Positions 11,380 through 24,710 of a stretch of 64,000 bases of DNA are shown piece after piece. The stretch's first letter is position 1. Each line of letters opens with the position of its first letter. A program made the translations under genes and the position numbers. The notes beneath the pieces were generated by a model. That model made no database searches. It saw only the letters and a program-made list of their open reading frames with translations, and was not told the origin of the DNA. This DNA comes from Selaginella moellendorffii (lineage: Eukaryota > Plantae > Lycopodiophyta): contig NW_003314263.1 of NCBI RefSeq assembly GCF_000143415.4, positions 2,916,041 through 2,980,040 on the forward strand, read 5' to 3'.

Positions 11380-12510
11380 TCTCCATCGCCACAGCTGGCA
11401 TGATCGTCCGTGGCAGAATCCATCGCGAAGGAGAAATATTTGGATCGCCAGGGCCGGGATTTTCTTGGATCGGCTGCTGGATTATTACGGCTTCACCTCT
11501 CTTGCGATAGTGTCGATGCGTGAGCGCGTCAAGTGGATTTTCCAGCGCTGCTGTTGGCGTGATCTTCGTACTGGTGAACTTGGTTCTCATCTATCAGCTG
11601 AGAATCCGGATCGAGCTCCGGCAGCTCCAGCAAATTGGTAAGATGCCTTCTAACTTACGTATGAAGCAGGAACAAGCCGAGCTTCCACTATCTCGCCCCC
11701 GAATTCACAGCCACTGCAAATAGTTCTAGCGGTAGGAAGCCCTCAAATCAATCCACTACTGGTAAGCTAAAAAATTTCTTCTTACAATAAAATGATGACA
11801 AGTTTCTATTCTTTTTGTCTAGTTCAAGTCTTCGATGCAATGAAAAAGAGGAGCTCGGGCTTTGCATCGACATGGTTGCAGTCAACAACATAATCCGGTG
11901 CTATAGAAGCGTGATCCAGGATGCTCTTGACCTCCAAATTGGGAAACTCTGTGGTACCATCGGGATTCTGGTTGCTGGCAAGCATGGGAGCTTCGTGGAA
12001 TTTTTCGACAGTCTCATAACGAAGATTTTACCAGATCCAATTGGCCAAATATATCTAGAAGAGAAGGACAGGGATTCGTGACGAGCCACAACTATAAATC
12101 GGCATTGCTGGGTCCGTAAGTGATGCTCGCTCCATCATAAGGGTACTGAAGATTGAGATCTCAAGTCAAGCTCCACCATGACTTGTGAGGCAACTGCAAA
12201 TTTCGTCTTCCAGCACTGCACGAGATCACGCTTTTTCATTTTTAATCACAAAAAACTCTCCGCTGTTAGGAGAGACGAGTACTAGCTCTTGCAATTGGAC
12301 GCAGTGGAACAGCCACACTTGACTATCTGTTAAGGTGGCCCGCATGCCGAAGATTTTGTGTGATTGGATTAAGCTGCTTTTGAATTCTGCAGGGCAAGCT
12401 CACGGGAAGAAGCCACTCTGAGCCAAATCACTAATCTTGGACCTCGCAGAAGCATGCGACAAAATCAGAATCCCACTTTGATGAGGTAACTTAATATGGT
12501 TTTGTTTTAG
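11380..12510 (+). pseudogene. Decayed third copy of the PPR/Ntn chimeric gene (5' flank, short PPR piece, frameshifted Ntn domain)
   Basis: ORF 11815..12081 ELGLCIDMVAVNNIIRCY..IGKLCGTIGILVAGKHGSFVEFFDS, followed by deletions and stops; 5' flank matches 780-1270. Confidence 0.85.
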
Positions 12511-12589
12511 AGCTGTGCAGCTTACATAGTTTGCTCGGAAGGGCAAGCTACCAATGCTTCACTTAATAGATCCACAATAAATTGAAGTG

Positions 12590-13150
12590 ATCTATTATAA
12601 GGCGAGCAAACTTTGTGGCCAGCACATGGCTAACGAATTCAGTAACCAGAAAATAAAGTTTCCACTACCTCGAAATTGCGGTGTCTTTGTCGATCCTCAT
12701 TACGAGGACCATGGCATTGTGAAGCGACTCTTTCGTGCTCATAAGTTTCATCAAGGTTTTCCAAGCAGCCGGTAGTCATGTCACTTCAGAGGGGTCTTCA
12801 GATGGAATGGAAGAACTACACTTAACAAAAGAAGGAAAGAAGTTTCTATCCAAAATAGACAGAGACCTATAAGGAAGGGACGTGCAAGGCTTCACTCGTG
12901 TACATTCCGCGACAAGCTTAGCACCTGGACATGAATGCTCAACTGCTCGTAAGAGGTACATTATAAAAAAATCGCAGCGTGCTACGCGAATAGAACAGAA
13001 CCAGAAAGACCTGGAAAGCTGCACTGATCGTATGTATCCCCACAGCAGCACGAAAAATAAATGAAAGCGAAAAAAGATTTCTTTATCGCAGCCTGGAATT
13101 GAGACATTTGCATCGTACCACTGCTCTCAGCTATCAAATCCTCGTCACAA
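12590..13150 (-). pseudogene. DHAD fragment (inverted-arm copy)
   Basis: ctttatcgcagcctggaattgagacatttgcatcgtaccactg matches 62454-62494. Confidence 0.85.
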
Positions 13151-14182
13151 CCCCACCATCGACATCGATGTGTCCTACTACTGGGAACGCTTTCACCTAT
13201 GCATAAAAAGTGTTACGCTCTTCTTGTAAGCTTTTCGAGCGACTTACTTTGACATACGTGAGATACTTGGATTCCACCGCTTTCCCTTGCTGTATGCTTG
13301 TAAGCAGGGTGATGAGCTTGCAGTCCCGGATAGAAATTCGTCTGCAAACTGCTATGAAAAGACAACGAGATCTTAGAGTGTGTACCTTGGACTCGGGGAA
13401 CGGAGTTGAAGCCTTCACTAGCCCAAGAGATGCATTGTGCTCGAGCTTCTTGAGAACCATGTTGATCCAACGCTTAAGTCTGTCCAGATTTCAGCCGTCT
13501 CAGAGTCTCATTCCCTCTGCTGCAACTGCCACCTCACTGTTTCCTAAAGAGTAGCGTTTCACCAGTCGATGGGAGGCTGGAGACGCAATTGCCTGGAAAG
13601 TCTGTAATGACTTTAATTCTCAAGTTACAGAAATGGCATGGCTAAATCCTTGTTAGATGCTGCCGGGGAGCCTTGCAATGCTCACAACGCTATAATACAC
13701 GGTGATTCGCTTTGCTTCTTGGCCTGGTCTCTGATGGGACTTAAGCAATACTATGCATTGACACTTCTTTTGGCAAACAAGCGGAGAGTGTGTACCTTAA
13801 ACTCGGGCGGAGTTAAAGTCCACTCCTATGTCCTTGTATCCAGGCGCTGGAACGTAGGCAAAGACACCGAAAGTGTAGCTCTGGAGTTAGTGGCTTATTT
13901 GAGCTTCTTGAAAACCGGATTCAATGTTGGACAAATTCTGAAACATAGCAGCACTGTTTTCATTCATTCATTCATTAATTGTTTATAGGGTCTTGCAGCG
14001 CCCACCAAGAAAACATGCGACCAACGGATTATAGTAAGCTGTTTTGATGATTTTATTTTAATGAAGATGCAACCCTCCAAATAAAGGACTGCTGTAGAAT
14101 ATTCCGGGAGTAAGTCACTTTTGGATGCAAGCCCTCCAAATAAAGGATTGCTGTCCAGGCATTGTTTTAGGTCGAGGTCGCG

Positions 14183-14653
14183 ATGGAGGCGATTGCCAGG
14201 CAGATGATGGAAGCCATGGTCAAGAATTATAAGGGCGATTTTATAATTGGGAAGGTGGCCATGATTGATGAACTAAGTGGGCGAGAGTACTACCTCTTGA
14301 GCTACACAGCAAAGGATTTGCCAGTGCCATATGAAGGTAGTGTGGCGACTCATGGGAAATTTTTCCCTCGGGATGCAAAAGGTGTGAGGGCTTTGATCGT
14401 CTTTATTGTTGACGAGGATAACGACGAAGCCATGGACGTGAGGGCGGAAAGGGTATGCTATGGCTTTTGTTTTCCACTTTTTAATTTTTTTCTCTTTTAG
14501 GTGTCTGAGGATGGCCAAGTGCTAGAAGCTGTAAGAAATTTCTGGTCACCGGATGTTGATTGGCAAACATTGTGTGTCTGGCAAGAACACTACGACAGAG
14601 CTGAAGCGATGATCGATGATTCCATCAAGAGAGGCGAGATTCTTTTGTGCTAA
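14183..14653 (+). CDS. Orphan ~140-aa two-exon gene, second intact copy (exons 14183-14452, 14501-14653)
   Basis: Same ORF and 48-nt intron (gtatgc..ttttag) as 4361-4831. Confidence 0.5.
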
Positions 14654-14678
14654 AATTCTATTACTCCTTAGAAAATGT

Positions 14679-15943
14679 CTAAAACAAAGCCATGTTTAGT
14701 TTACCTCTCGGTCTCTTTCTTCTCGCATATTGGTAAGAGAAGTTCTTCTTCGCAAATTTCAGCAACAGCTCATCAAAGTGGGATTTAACATTTGAATATG
14801 CATAATATTTGTCTCCGCCGCAATGTGGATCATTGTCGCATGCTTCTGCGAGGGCATCGAGCCCAAGATTAGTGATTTGGCCCAGAGTGGCTTTCTTCCC
14901 GTGAGCTTGCCCTGCAGAATTCAAAAGCAGCTTAATCCAATCTCAAGGAAACAAAATCCAACCACACCTGGCCGTGGATCTCGCAGAATACCTTCGGCAT
15001 GCGGGCCACCAGAACCGATAGTCAAAAACGGCTGTTCCACTGCGTCCAATTGCAAGAGCTGGTACTGGCGCGTGTTGTCTCTCTTAACAGCGAAGAGTTT
15101 CTTGTTGTCAAAAATGAAAAAGCTTGATCTCGTACAGTGCTCATCAGCCACGCAGCGCTGGAAGACGAAATTTGCAGCTGCCTCACAAGTCATGGTGACT
15201 CCATGCTGAGCCTGACTTGACATCTCAATCTTCAGTACCATTATGATGCAGCGAGCATCACTTACGGACCCAGCAATGCCGATTTGTAGTTGTGGCTCGT
15301 CACGAATCACAGTCACTTTCTGGTATTCCCTGTCCTTCTCTTCTAGATATAGTTGGCCAATTTGATCTGATGCAATCTTCGTTACGAGACTGTCGAAAAA
15401 TACCACGAAGCTCCCATGCTTGCCAGCAACCGCAATCCCGATGGTACCACAGAGTTTCCCAATTTGGAGGTCAAGAGCATCCTGGATCACGCTTGTGTAG
15501 CAGCGGATTATGTTGTTGGCTGCAACCATGTCGATGCAAAGCCCGAGCTCCTGAATCTCAGTGAAGAGTGCCTTGGCCATGAGATAGTTACCAGCGTTTC
15601 CCAGGATCATGATCATCGTTGAGTAGTTGGCCAGGTCATGCTGGAAACCAGGGATCGTCTTGGCCAGGATAATGTGTCTGGGACGAGGTGACGGCCGCAG
15701 CTTCCTGTCATACTTCGTCTTCACGTAGAGATCGTTTCCACGGGGCATGTCTGTGATCGCCATGAAATAGTTGCCATCGACTCCAAGGATCATGACCATC
15801 ACCACGTCGTGCCGGAAGCTGGAGATTCTCATGGCCAGCGTAAAGAACTCGAGCGAGAGATATGTGTTATGCTTCATCTTCTTGACAACCATGTCAATGA
15901 TCTCGGGCTTGAGAATGTCCAGATTCTCTCTTCTCTCTTTCAT
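14679..15943 (-). CDS. Shorter PPR-fragment/proteasome-beta-like Ntn chimera (~402 aa spliced; exons 15943-14968, 14911-14679)
   Basis: Copy of 1262-4335 with an in-frame net 1809-bp deletion; the Ntn motifs and the 56-nt intron are intact. Confidence 0.7.
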
Positions 15944-17859
15944 TGCATTCGAAGTCTAGCGTCTGGAACTAAGAACTGGATAGAAACTTGTCAGTTCCCA
16001 GTTTAAAAGAAGAACGTACCAATGCTTTCCTCTGCTAGAACTAGTCACAGTTGGCTGTGGATTTGGCGGCGAGATAGTGGAAGCTCGTCCTTCCTGCAAG
16101 AGGAGCTTCATGAGTTATGCACGTCGATCTATAAGTTAGAAGATAGCTTACCAATTTTCTGGAGCCGTGGGAGCTCGATCTACCCTGCCTGCCCGGATTC
16201 TCAGCTGGTGGATGAGAACCACGCTCTCCAATACGACGATCACGCCAACAGCACCGCTGGAACAGTCGCTTCCACGCGCTCATGCATCGATGCTATTGCA
16301 AAAGAGGTGAAGCCGTGATAATCCGGCATCCAGTCCAAGAAATCCCGGCCTAGAGAGCCTGAGCGATCAATCCCGCACTGGATTCTGCCGCAGATCTAGA
16401 CAATCCCAGTGAGCTATGGCGATTGGCGACCTAGCAAGGGAAGAAAGAATGTACCTTGTGGATGATTTCTCAATGCTGCCGAGCGCCTAGAAATCCATCG
16501 ATCGATCTGTAAAACCCTAGGCAGAGATCTTCTTCTCCTTCGGTGTTCTGCTGGCCGTGAAGTTAAAGATGCGGAGAATATACCAAAGATACTTGGGCAC
16601 GACTAGGGCGAATTTAGGCGGGAAGGGAAGGGGATATGCTCGATTTCTGAAGAGGATGCATTCATTGCTGCCACGTCAGCGTGCCGCCAAGGCACTGATT
16701 CAAAGTTTAGGGCGCTGCAAGAGGATTAGAAGGCAATGGAAGAAGATGCCCCCGCAGAAGCATGTGACAATGATCCACACTGCGGTGGAGCCAGATATTT
16801 ATCCATATTCAAATGTTAAATCCCACTTTGAGTTGCTGCTGCTGAAATTTTCGAAGAACTTCTCTTACCAATATGGTAGAAGGAGACCAAGAGGTAAACT
16901 AAACATGGTTTTGTTTTAGACGTTTTCTAAAGAGTAATAGCGTTTTAGCACAAAAGAATCTCGCCTCTCTTGATGGAATCATCTATCATCGCTTCAGCTC
17001 TATCGTGGTGTTCTTGCCAGACACACAATGTTTGCCAATCAACATCCGGTGACCAGAAATGTCTTACAGCTTCTAGCACTTGGCCATCCTCAGACACCTA
17101 AAGGAGAAAAAAATTAAAAAGTGGAAAAAAAATTTCCATAACATACCCTTTCCGCTCTCACTTCCATGGCTTCGTCGTTATCCTCGTCAACAATAAAGAC
17201 GATCACAGCCCTCACACCTTTTGCATCCCGAGGGAAAAATTTCCCATGAGTCGCCACACTACCTTCATATGGCACTAGATCCTTTGCTGTGTACTAACTT
17301 AGTTCATCAATCATGGCCACCTTCCCAATTATAAAATCACAGCAATCCTTTATTTGGAGGGCTGCATCCAAAAGTGACTTACTTCCGGAATATTCTACAG
17401 CAATCTACTGTGGTTATACTCGAGTTAAAATCCGCTCCTATATCCTCGTATCCTCTGGAACGTCACGCGTTCTACCGCCGAAAGCGTAGCTCTGAGTTGG
17501 CAGCTTATTTTAGCTTCTTGAAAACCACTTACATAAAAATTGAATACTTTCCGGATCAATGTTGTACAAATTCTGAAACACAACCAGAATATAGACATTC
17601 CATGTACCCCGTGTCAGTAGTTTTTGTCCTTGTTGTAACAGCCGTGGTGACATCAACCGCTTGTTTGCCAAAAGAAGTGTCAATGCAGAGTCTGTAGTAT
17701 TGCCTAAGTCCGCTCAGGGACCAGGCCTAGAAGCAAAACGAATCACCATGTATTATAGCGAAAGTTGCGTTGCAAGAATTGCAAGGCTCCCTGGCAGCAT
17801 TTAACAAGGATTTAGCCATGCTATTTCTGTAACGTGAGAATTAAAAGTCGTTACAGAGT

Positions 17860-18445
17860 TTCCAGACAATTGCATCTCTCATCGATTGGTGAAACGCTAG
17901 TCTCTGGTACTCTTCATCGAGATCCAGGAGCTCAGGCTTGGCATCGAGACGCTTGACCGCATCCAGGAAGCTCTCACCTCTACAGGAAGATGCTGTACTT
18001 TGGTTGTCAACCAGATGCTCGCACCTTTTGGCCTCCTCAGCGGCGATAACCAAATCAGTATGCTCTGTGGCATGATTGGGATTGCAGTTGCCGGCAAGCA
18101 TAGCCTACTTACGACACTCCTGCCAGCTTTCAAGACAAAAGAAGGTTCTATCCAAACTAGACAGAGACCTGTATGGAAGGGACGTGCAAGGCTTCACTCA
18201 TGTACACCCCCAACATAAATGAAAAACCTCGCTGCGTTTTACGAAAGAAAAGAACCAGAAGTAGCTGAACACTGATCTACGTATGCCCGTCGACAATTCT
18301 TGGCTACAGCAGCATTTTCAGCTGGCACGAAAAAAAACAACGAAAATGAAAGAGAAAACTTACGTTGAAGTTTATAAAGAGCTTTCTTTATTGCGGCCTG
18401 GAATCGAGACATTTGCATCACACCACTGCTATCAGCTATCAACCT
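17860..18445. pseudogene. Mosaic of decayed PPR, Ntn-domain start (LCGMIGIAVAGKH) and DHAD fragments
   Basis: gagatccaggagctcaggcttggcatcgagac (PPR); tgctctgtggcatgattgggattgcagttgccggcaagcat (Ntn); gcggcctggaatcgagacatttgcatc and gctatcagctatcaa (DHAD). Confidence 0.7.
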
Positions 18446-19334
18446 ATCCTTCTTGGAAGGGGATATGCTCGATGGTGTTGGGAGAGCCGGCTGGGATTTT
18501 GATAGGTAGGCCAAGGATTGAGCATATGTGCTCCATCATGTAAGTAGATCTTCTCTTTATGGTTTTTCAGGGAGATTGATCGTTGTCATACAAGCTGCCA
18601 CTACTCCCGCATTGAGGTCACGAAAAAAAGTTTCTCTTCTTCTCATCTGTAATTTTTTATTTTATTTTTTATTTCGGCGACCCAAATCCGTGTTATTTGC
18701 GTTGTCGAGGAGAAAACGATTGCAGAGAGGTTAGTGGTTGCAATAACTTTAGTTATCGTTTTTATCTAAAGCAATATCCCAGGAGACAAGATTCGTCGGA
18801 AACAAAAGGCATCTCTCAGGTGTTGCTTGTTTTGTTGGAATGCGACCATTCTTAATGCTCAGGTTCTGGGAAATGGCATGGCTAAATCTTTGTTAATAGA
18901 TGCTGCCCGGTGCCTTGCAATGCTAAATGCAACTTTCGCTATGATACTTGGTAACTCGTTTTGCTTCTCTCTCCTTTCGCATTGTCTTATGTTCAATAGC
19001 AGTTTGCAGACGGATTTCTAGATCTCATTGGTAATTCGTTCTGCTTCTAGAATTTCTCTTACCAGTATGCCAGAAGAAAGTGACCAAGAGGTAAACTAAA
19101 CATGATTTTTTATTCGCTAGATAGCTGAAGGAGCTACTAGTGAATAAACATAAAGAGAGGACAATCTAGACAATGTAGCATTTCATGATGAGATTGTCAA
19201 TCAACGCTTCAACTCTGTCTTGGTGTTCTTGCCAATCAACATCTGGTGACCAAAAATTTCTTAAAGCTTCCAACACTCCACCATCCTCAGACACTTCAGA
19301 AAAAACAAGTGGAGAAAAAATGCCAGATTTAAAT

Positions 19335-22300
19335 TGCAAAAAAATAAAAAATAAAAATTACAGACAAGAAGAAAACAAAACAAGTGAAAGAGTTTTTTTC
19401 ATTATTTTGCTTTATTGTTATGTTTTCTTTAGCTCTTGTTTTTTCACCTGTTTTTATATTTGGGAATTCTATCCACATTATTTGTTCTTCTTCAATCTGG
19501 GTTACATCTTGTAATACTCCATCTGCTCCATTTACTAATCCATCTTTTGTTGCTATATTTTGTGTTATTTCAATTGCCATTTTCTTTTTCAAATGTAATA
19601 TTTTATGTAGTCCTTGTGTTTTTCTTGTGTCATCTGGCAGCGTGAAATATGTAGGACAGGAATTTCCATGTTTGTCTTGTGCTTCTATAATTATATCTTT
19701 ACCTTGTATGTGTTGTATTACTTTTTCATTATGTTGTCTTACTTGTTCATTAGTTGCAAATATAGAATAATATTCTGTGTTTTATATATATCTGTGGTGA
19801 CTTGTTTATTTATATATTCTAGCTCTTTATCTGTTTGTTCTCCTATTTTTATTTTATTTAAAGCTTTTATAAAGATTATATCATCTTTTGCCTCATTATT
19901 TCAGTAAGTTCATATATTTTAAAATTATTTTTCCATAGGTGGTGTATGGAGACATCATTTTCAGGCCTATATGTTTTTGTTGAATAAATTGGTGCTTCAA
20001 ATGCAGGATTTAATTGATAGAAATCACCTGTAAATATACAATCCATCCCACCAAAGTCTATTCCATATGTTGTTTTGAAGCTTTCACATCTTCTATTTAT
20101 ATCTTGTAGCATTTCTATACTACCATTGATATTTCATCTATTACTAAATATTTTATTGTTGAAAACTTTCTTTTATATTTATCTAATGTGTCATTTGTTA
20201 ATATTATTTGACGTTGTTTTGATGCTTCTGGTCGAAATGCAAAAGCTGAATGTATTGTTGAACCATTTATATTACAAGCTGCTTTTCCTGTAGGTGCTGT
20301 TATTAATATTGTTTGTCCTGGTTCATTATTTATATCTTGGTTTGTTTTATAATATCGTTTGAGTGTTTCTATAAGTGTATTTAAAAGCATTGATTTTCTA
20401 GTTCCTACTCCTCCTTTAGGTTGTTTTATTTTTTTCAATATGAATTCATCATGTATTATTCTTTGCTATTTATTAAGAGTTCTTAATAATTGGTGATATT
20501 TACTAGTTTCCATAAGATATTCATCTTGTATTATAATTGTTGTATTTGTTAAAATTTTATCTTTTATATTTAAATTTAAGTTTTTATTAATTTTCATTTT
20601 GAATAAATCTTTCCCTATATCAAATTCATCTGTTTGGTTTGTGTTTATTTCTTGTATATACTGTGCTTGTTTTTTTAATATTTTATTTGCTTCTTGTTCT
20701 GGATTCTCCCAATCAAATTCACTCTCATTTGTTACTTTTTTATATATGTATTGATGTTGTTTTTCATTTATTTGTTTCATATTTGCTTCATATGCATTCA
20801 TATATGTTGTGTACATTTCTTTAAGATCTTCTTCTTTTCTAAATTTTTTATGTAAGATTAATCTTTCAAATGCCCACTTTTCTGGATCTTTTTCTTTACT
20901 AAAGTTTATATATCTAATTATATTGTTTTTTTTATGTTTTCATGTTGTTACTTCTTTTTCAATTATATATTCAGTTGTTATCTCTGCTAATGTTAAATCT
21001 TCTAATTCTTCTGGTCTTTGCATGTATTTTTCAATTAGTCCAGGTATTGCTATGTCTGTTTTGTTTTCTTGCATTTTTGCAAGGTCTTATTTCGTTTTTA
21101 AACATTTTGTTCGTTGTTCTTATGGTTTAGTATCAATGAACTTTACAGTTCTAGACATATGATGAAATGGGATTGACAATATTAAAAAAAGTGCTTGTTG
21201 AATTGGCATTTCCCTACCACGTATGAAGCTATTTCCTAATAACTGAACTCTATTAAATGCATCTATTCCTTCTTCTTGATAATGTCTTTGTTATTTCTGT
21301 TTCAATACATGCAATGTATGATAAACAATATGATGCTGCTGCATATAGATTAAGAATAATTTGTATATCTACATTTGATTGCCATAGATTTGATAATTTG
21401 GTATTAAAAGTATTTATGTTTATGTCTTTTGGTTTTCGTTTATAAATTTTTTTTGTATTTGTTATTGTTGATCTTATTGTAGCTTTATATTGCTCATATG
21501 TTATTCCTATTATTTTTAAATATTCATCAAACTCTAAATCTTTTAGATCTATAGTTTTATCTTCTAGTACTGTTTTTATTTTTTTGTAAATTATTGTATA
21601 TGAATCCTTTTCATGTTTTGTAATGTCTTTTATAGGCTTTAAGATTTCTATTTGTGGCATTGGAGGAATTGGGTAATTAAATCTACAATTTATATTTTTA
21701 TATTTTTTACATGTTTTTCTATGTTTATGAGTTTGAACATCTTTTATATTGTACATATATTTTCATTAGAATATTCTTTTATTTGTTCTAATGTTTGTGG
21801 TGGATTTTATAACCATATTAGTGCATGTTCATGTGGTGTACCACATTGTTGAAATTGTGTTACAAATACATAGTCTTTTACTTTCCTTCCAAATATGTGA
21901 TAATTGGACATTAATAATTTTCTAAATGCTGATGTTTTATGTGCATAATATTGTATTGTGGTGATTGGATCAGCTCTTAGTATTTTATATATTTTCTCTT
22001 TTTCATTTAAATTTTCTATCTCTTCTTTTTGTAATATATCTGTATTTAAATATTTTAAAGCATTTATTAATGGTTCCCAATGTCTTTCTGAACAACTAAG
22101 AGTTAAGAATAGTGTTGGTGGTCCTAATTGTCTTATCATGGCAAATGCATCTTTTTTTAGTGCTTCTAAATTATCTGGTGATGTTCTTAGATTTTTTAAA
22201 TCTCTAAAACCTATGTTTGACTTTAATATTTTATCCATATTTCCATTTATAAGCACATCGTTTGATGTGATTTTTTCTTCCTTCATAAGTAAATTTTCTT

Positions 22301-23755
22301 AATCTAAAACCTGCATTTTGATTGACAAATTTGATTTCAGTTTTTACTGCTACNNNNNNNNNNNNNNNNNNNNNNNNNNNNNNNNNNNNNNNNNNNNNNN
22401 NNNNNNNNNNNNNNNNNNNNNNNNNNNNNNNNNNNNNNNNNNNNNNNNNNNNNNNNNNNNNNNNNNNNNNNNNNNNNNNNNNNNNNNNNNNNNNNNNNNN
22501 NNNNNNNNNNNNNNNNNNNNNNNNNNNNNNNNNNNNNNNNNNNNNNNNNNNNNNNNNNNNNNNNNNNNNNNNNNNNNNNNNNNNNNNNNNNNNNNNNNNN
22601 NNNNNNNNNNNNNNNNNNNNNNNNNNNNNNNNNNNNNNNNNNNNNNNNNNNNNNNNNNNNNNNNNNNNNNNNNNNNNNNNNNNNNNNNNNNNNNNNNNNN
22701 NNNNNNNNNNNNNNNNNNNNNNNNNNNNNNNNNNNNNNNNNNNNNNNNNNNNNNNNNNNNNNNNNNNNNNNNNNNNNNNNNNNNNNNNNNNNNNNNNNNN
22801 NNNNNNNNATGTTTTTATACTATTATAAATATAATGTGGTCTGGCTATTCCATATTTATAATAATATTTATCAGTTAATCTTCATTTCAGCTGAATTGTT
22901 ATTGTTTGTGTTTCTTCAAATGTTCTTGGTAGTTTATTAATTATTGGTTTAATATTATTTGGGACATTTATTATTCCTCCTTTTATGCACTGCTGATATT
23001 GAGGTTGATTTGGTATTGTTATATTTGCAAATAAAATATGTAAAGCTATCATTTTCTCTTCAATATCATTTAATTGTTCTGTATATTGATCAATTTGATT
23101 CATTCTAATTTTTTCTGGACTTTTATATTTTTCTTTATTTGTCATGCATTGATTGCATGCATATTCTTGTTTTTTTATTATATTTAAACCAAAGTCTTTT
23201 ACATATTTTACATGGATGTATCAGTATATCCTGTATAGCTTCATTATACATTTGTAGTGCTTTCATACTTTTTGGATTGTTTATGTCATATTCATTTTCT
23301 TGTTGTTCTTTCTCTTTTATTATTATTTTTTCTTTGCTTTTAATATATTATACTCTTCTTTTAAGTTTTTCATCTGATATAGTACTCCCTGTTCTTTGTC
23401 GAAAAATATTTATTTTTTCATTTGTTTGTTTTTGTGAGTTCCAAGTTTCCATAAGTATTTTGTCTTCTTCTATTGTATATTGGTTTTGTAAAGTATGTTC
23501 TTCATACTTTTCTTTGGATATATTAATAGTTTTTATTTGCTCATTTTTATTCTTTCTTGATAAATAATAGTATCTAGAAACAATTTGTTGCTCAGTTAAA
23601 TCAATATTATGGTTGAATTTTAGTTCGTTTGCTTTTTTATTTGCAGATCCTTGAATTGATAACAATTTTACATCTAGAAGTTCTGTCCATTCAAATTTTC
23701 TCTTTGTCATAATTTTGCCCTTTACCCTTATTGCCCTTGATGTCCTTACACCCAC
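19335..23755 (-). mobile_element. Decayed Helitron-superfamily (Helentron/Helitron2-like) Rep-PIF1 helicase gene, 3'-truncated and interrupted by an assembly gap
   Basis: Rep motifs AMIRQLGPPTLFLTLS, TQFQQCGTPHEHALIWL, QTHKHRKTC..CRFNYP, WQSNVDIQ..YCLSY. PIF1 motifs GGVGTRKS, APTGKAA..GSTIHSAF, LVIDEISMV, FGGMDCIFTGDFYQL, LTEIMRQK, NIATKDGLVNGADG. Multiple stops and frameshifts. Confidence 0.92.
22354..22808. other. Assembly gap (N run)
   Basis: Run of n. Confidence 1.
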
Positions 23756-24214
23756 CAGATAGGGGGGTGTATCCAGATTAGTTTTTTCTATGATTGTTTA
23801 GCTGATCAAGATTGTTTAAAGAGATTTAACAATCAAACCGAATGGACTATTTTCAGCCTACTTTCAGCAAGTATTAATTCTCTATCTTTCAATCAACAGC
23901 TTTGTGAAGGCTGATTATTGATAATCTAGACCATTAGAAACAATCAAAGACCTTTTACTTACTTCTCAATGTTATTCCGTTGAAAGCCATTTATGCCCTA
24001 AAGCTATATTTAGTCTTTATTTAAATAGGCCTAAAATGGGCTTATGAGAGAAACGTGAGCACAAGTACCAGACTCACGCATTCTTAGGTAATTGACAGCC
24101 TACTCAATTGTATTGTTTCTAGATCTCTTTCTTTTGGGTTTAACACCACTACCTCACATGGATTCTTGGGTCTTGTCCAAGAATCCATGCGAAATGATTT
24201 TGATTGGATGTGCG

Positions 24215-24710
24215 AGGGTTGGCTGTGGAAAACCCTCACACGTCCAATGACAAGTCCCTGAAAAGTTGATGGACTCAAAGATGGTTTGAAGTAGTTTGTA
24301 ACTTTCTTTCTCGTTAGGACATTTTTTTTATATACCTTGATGCAGGTTCTACTTGAAATGATTTCTTTTTCTCACTGTCAGTAGAGCATCTTTAGGCTCT
24401 ACTGACAGTGATAGCCCTGGACGAGGTAGCCAAATCCAAAGAAAGTTATTCAAAATGTCAAGTGAGATATCTTCGACTAGGCAGGATGATTCCACAAACA
24501 AGTAACATTGTTCTCACTATGGAGACTGGTATCTAGCATGATGTTTTCAGTTTACAGGGTTGGCTGTGGAAAACCCTCGCACGTCCAATGACAAGTCCCT
24601 GAAAAGTCAATGGACTCAAAGATAGTTTGAAGTAGTTTGTAACTTTCTTTCTCGTTAGGACAATTTTTTTATATACCTTGATGCAAGTTCTACTTGAAAT
24701 GATTTCTTTT
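24215..24710. repeat. ~155-bp direct repeat (24215-24369, 24556-24710) with a 16-bp perfect hairpin at 24372-24411
   Basis: agggttggctgtggaaaaccctc..gaaatgatttctttt occurs twice; TCACTGTCAGTAGAGC-atctttag-GCTCTACTGACAGTGA. Confidence 0.9.

Larger units (their letters stand above)
1..17254. repeat. Large inverted duplication: left arm 1-~6551, right arm ~12510-17254, ~6 kb spacer containing the P450
   Basis: Window start GGCGACTCATGGGAAATTTTTCCC is the reverse complement of ~17231-17254. ORFs recur near-identically on opposite strands (887..1183/16022..16318, 4514..4831/14183..14500, 5120..5377/13638..13988, 3805..4191/14823..15209). The right arm lacks 1531-3341. The left arm probably extends beyond the window start. 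Confidence 0.95.

Noticed and set aside
22318-22878. Two long ORFs of X residues
   Set aside because: Artefacts of the N gap
19384-23567. Hydrophobic plus-strand ORFs resembling membrane proteins
   Set aside because: Antisense of the A-rich Helitron RepHel coding strand
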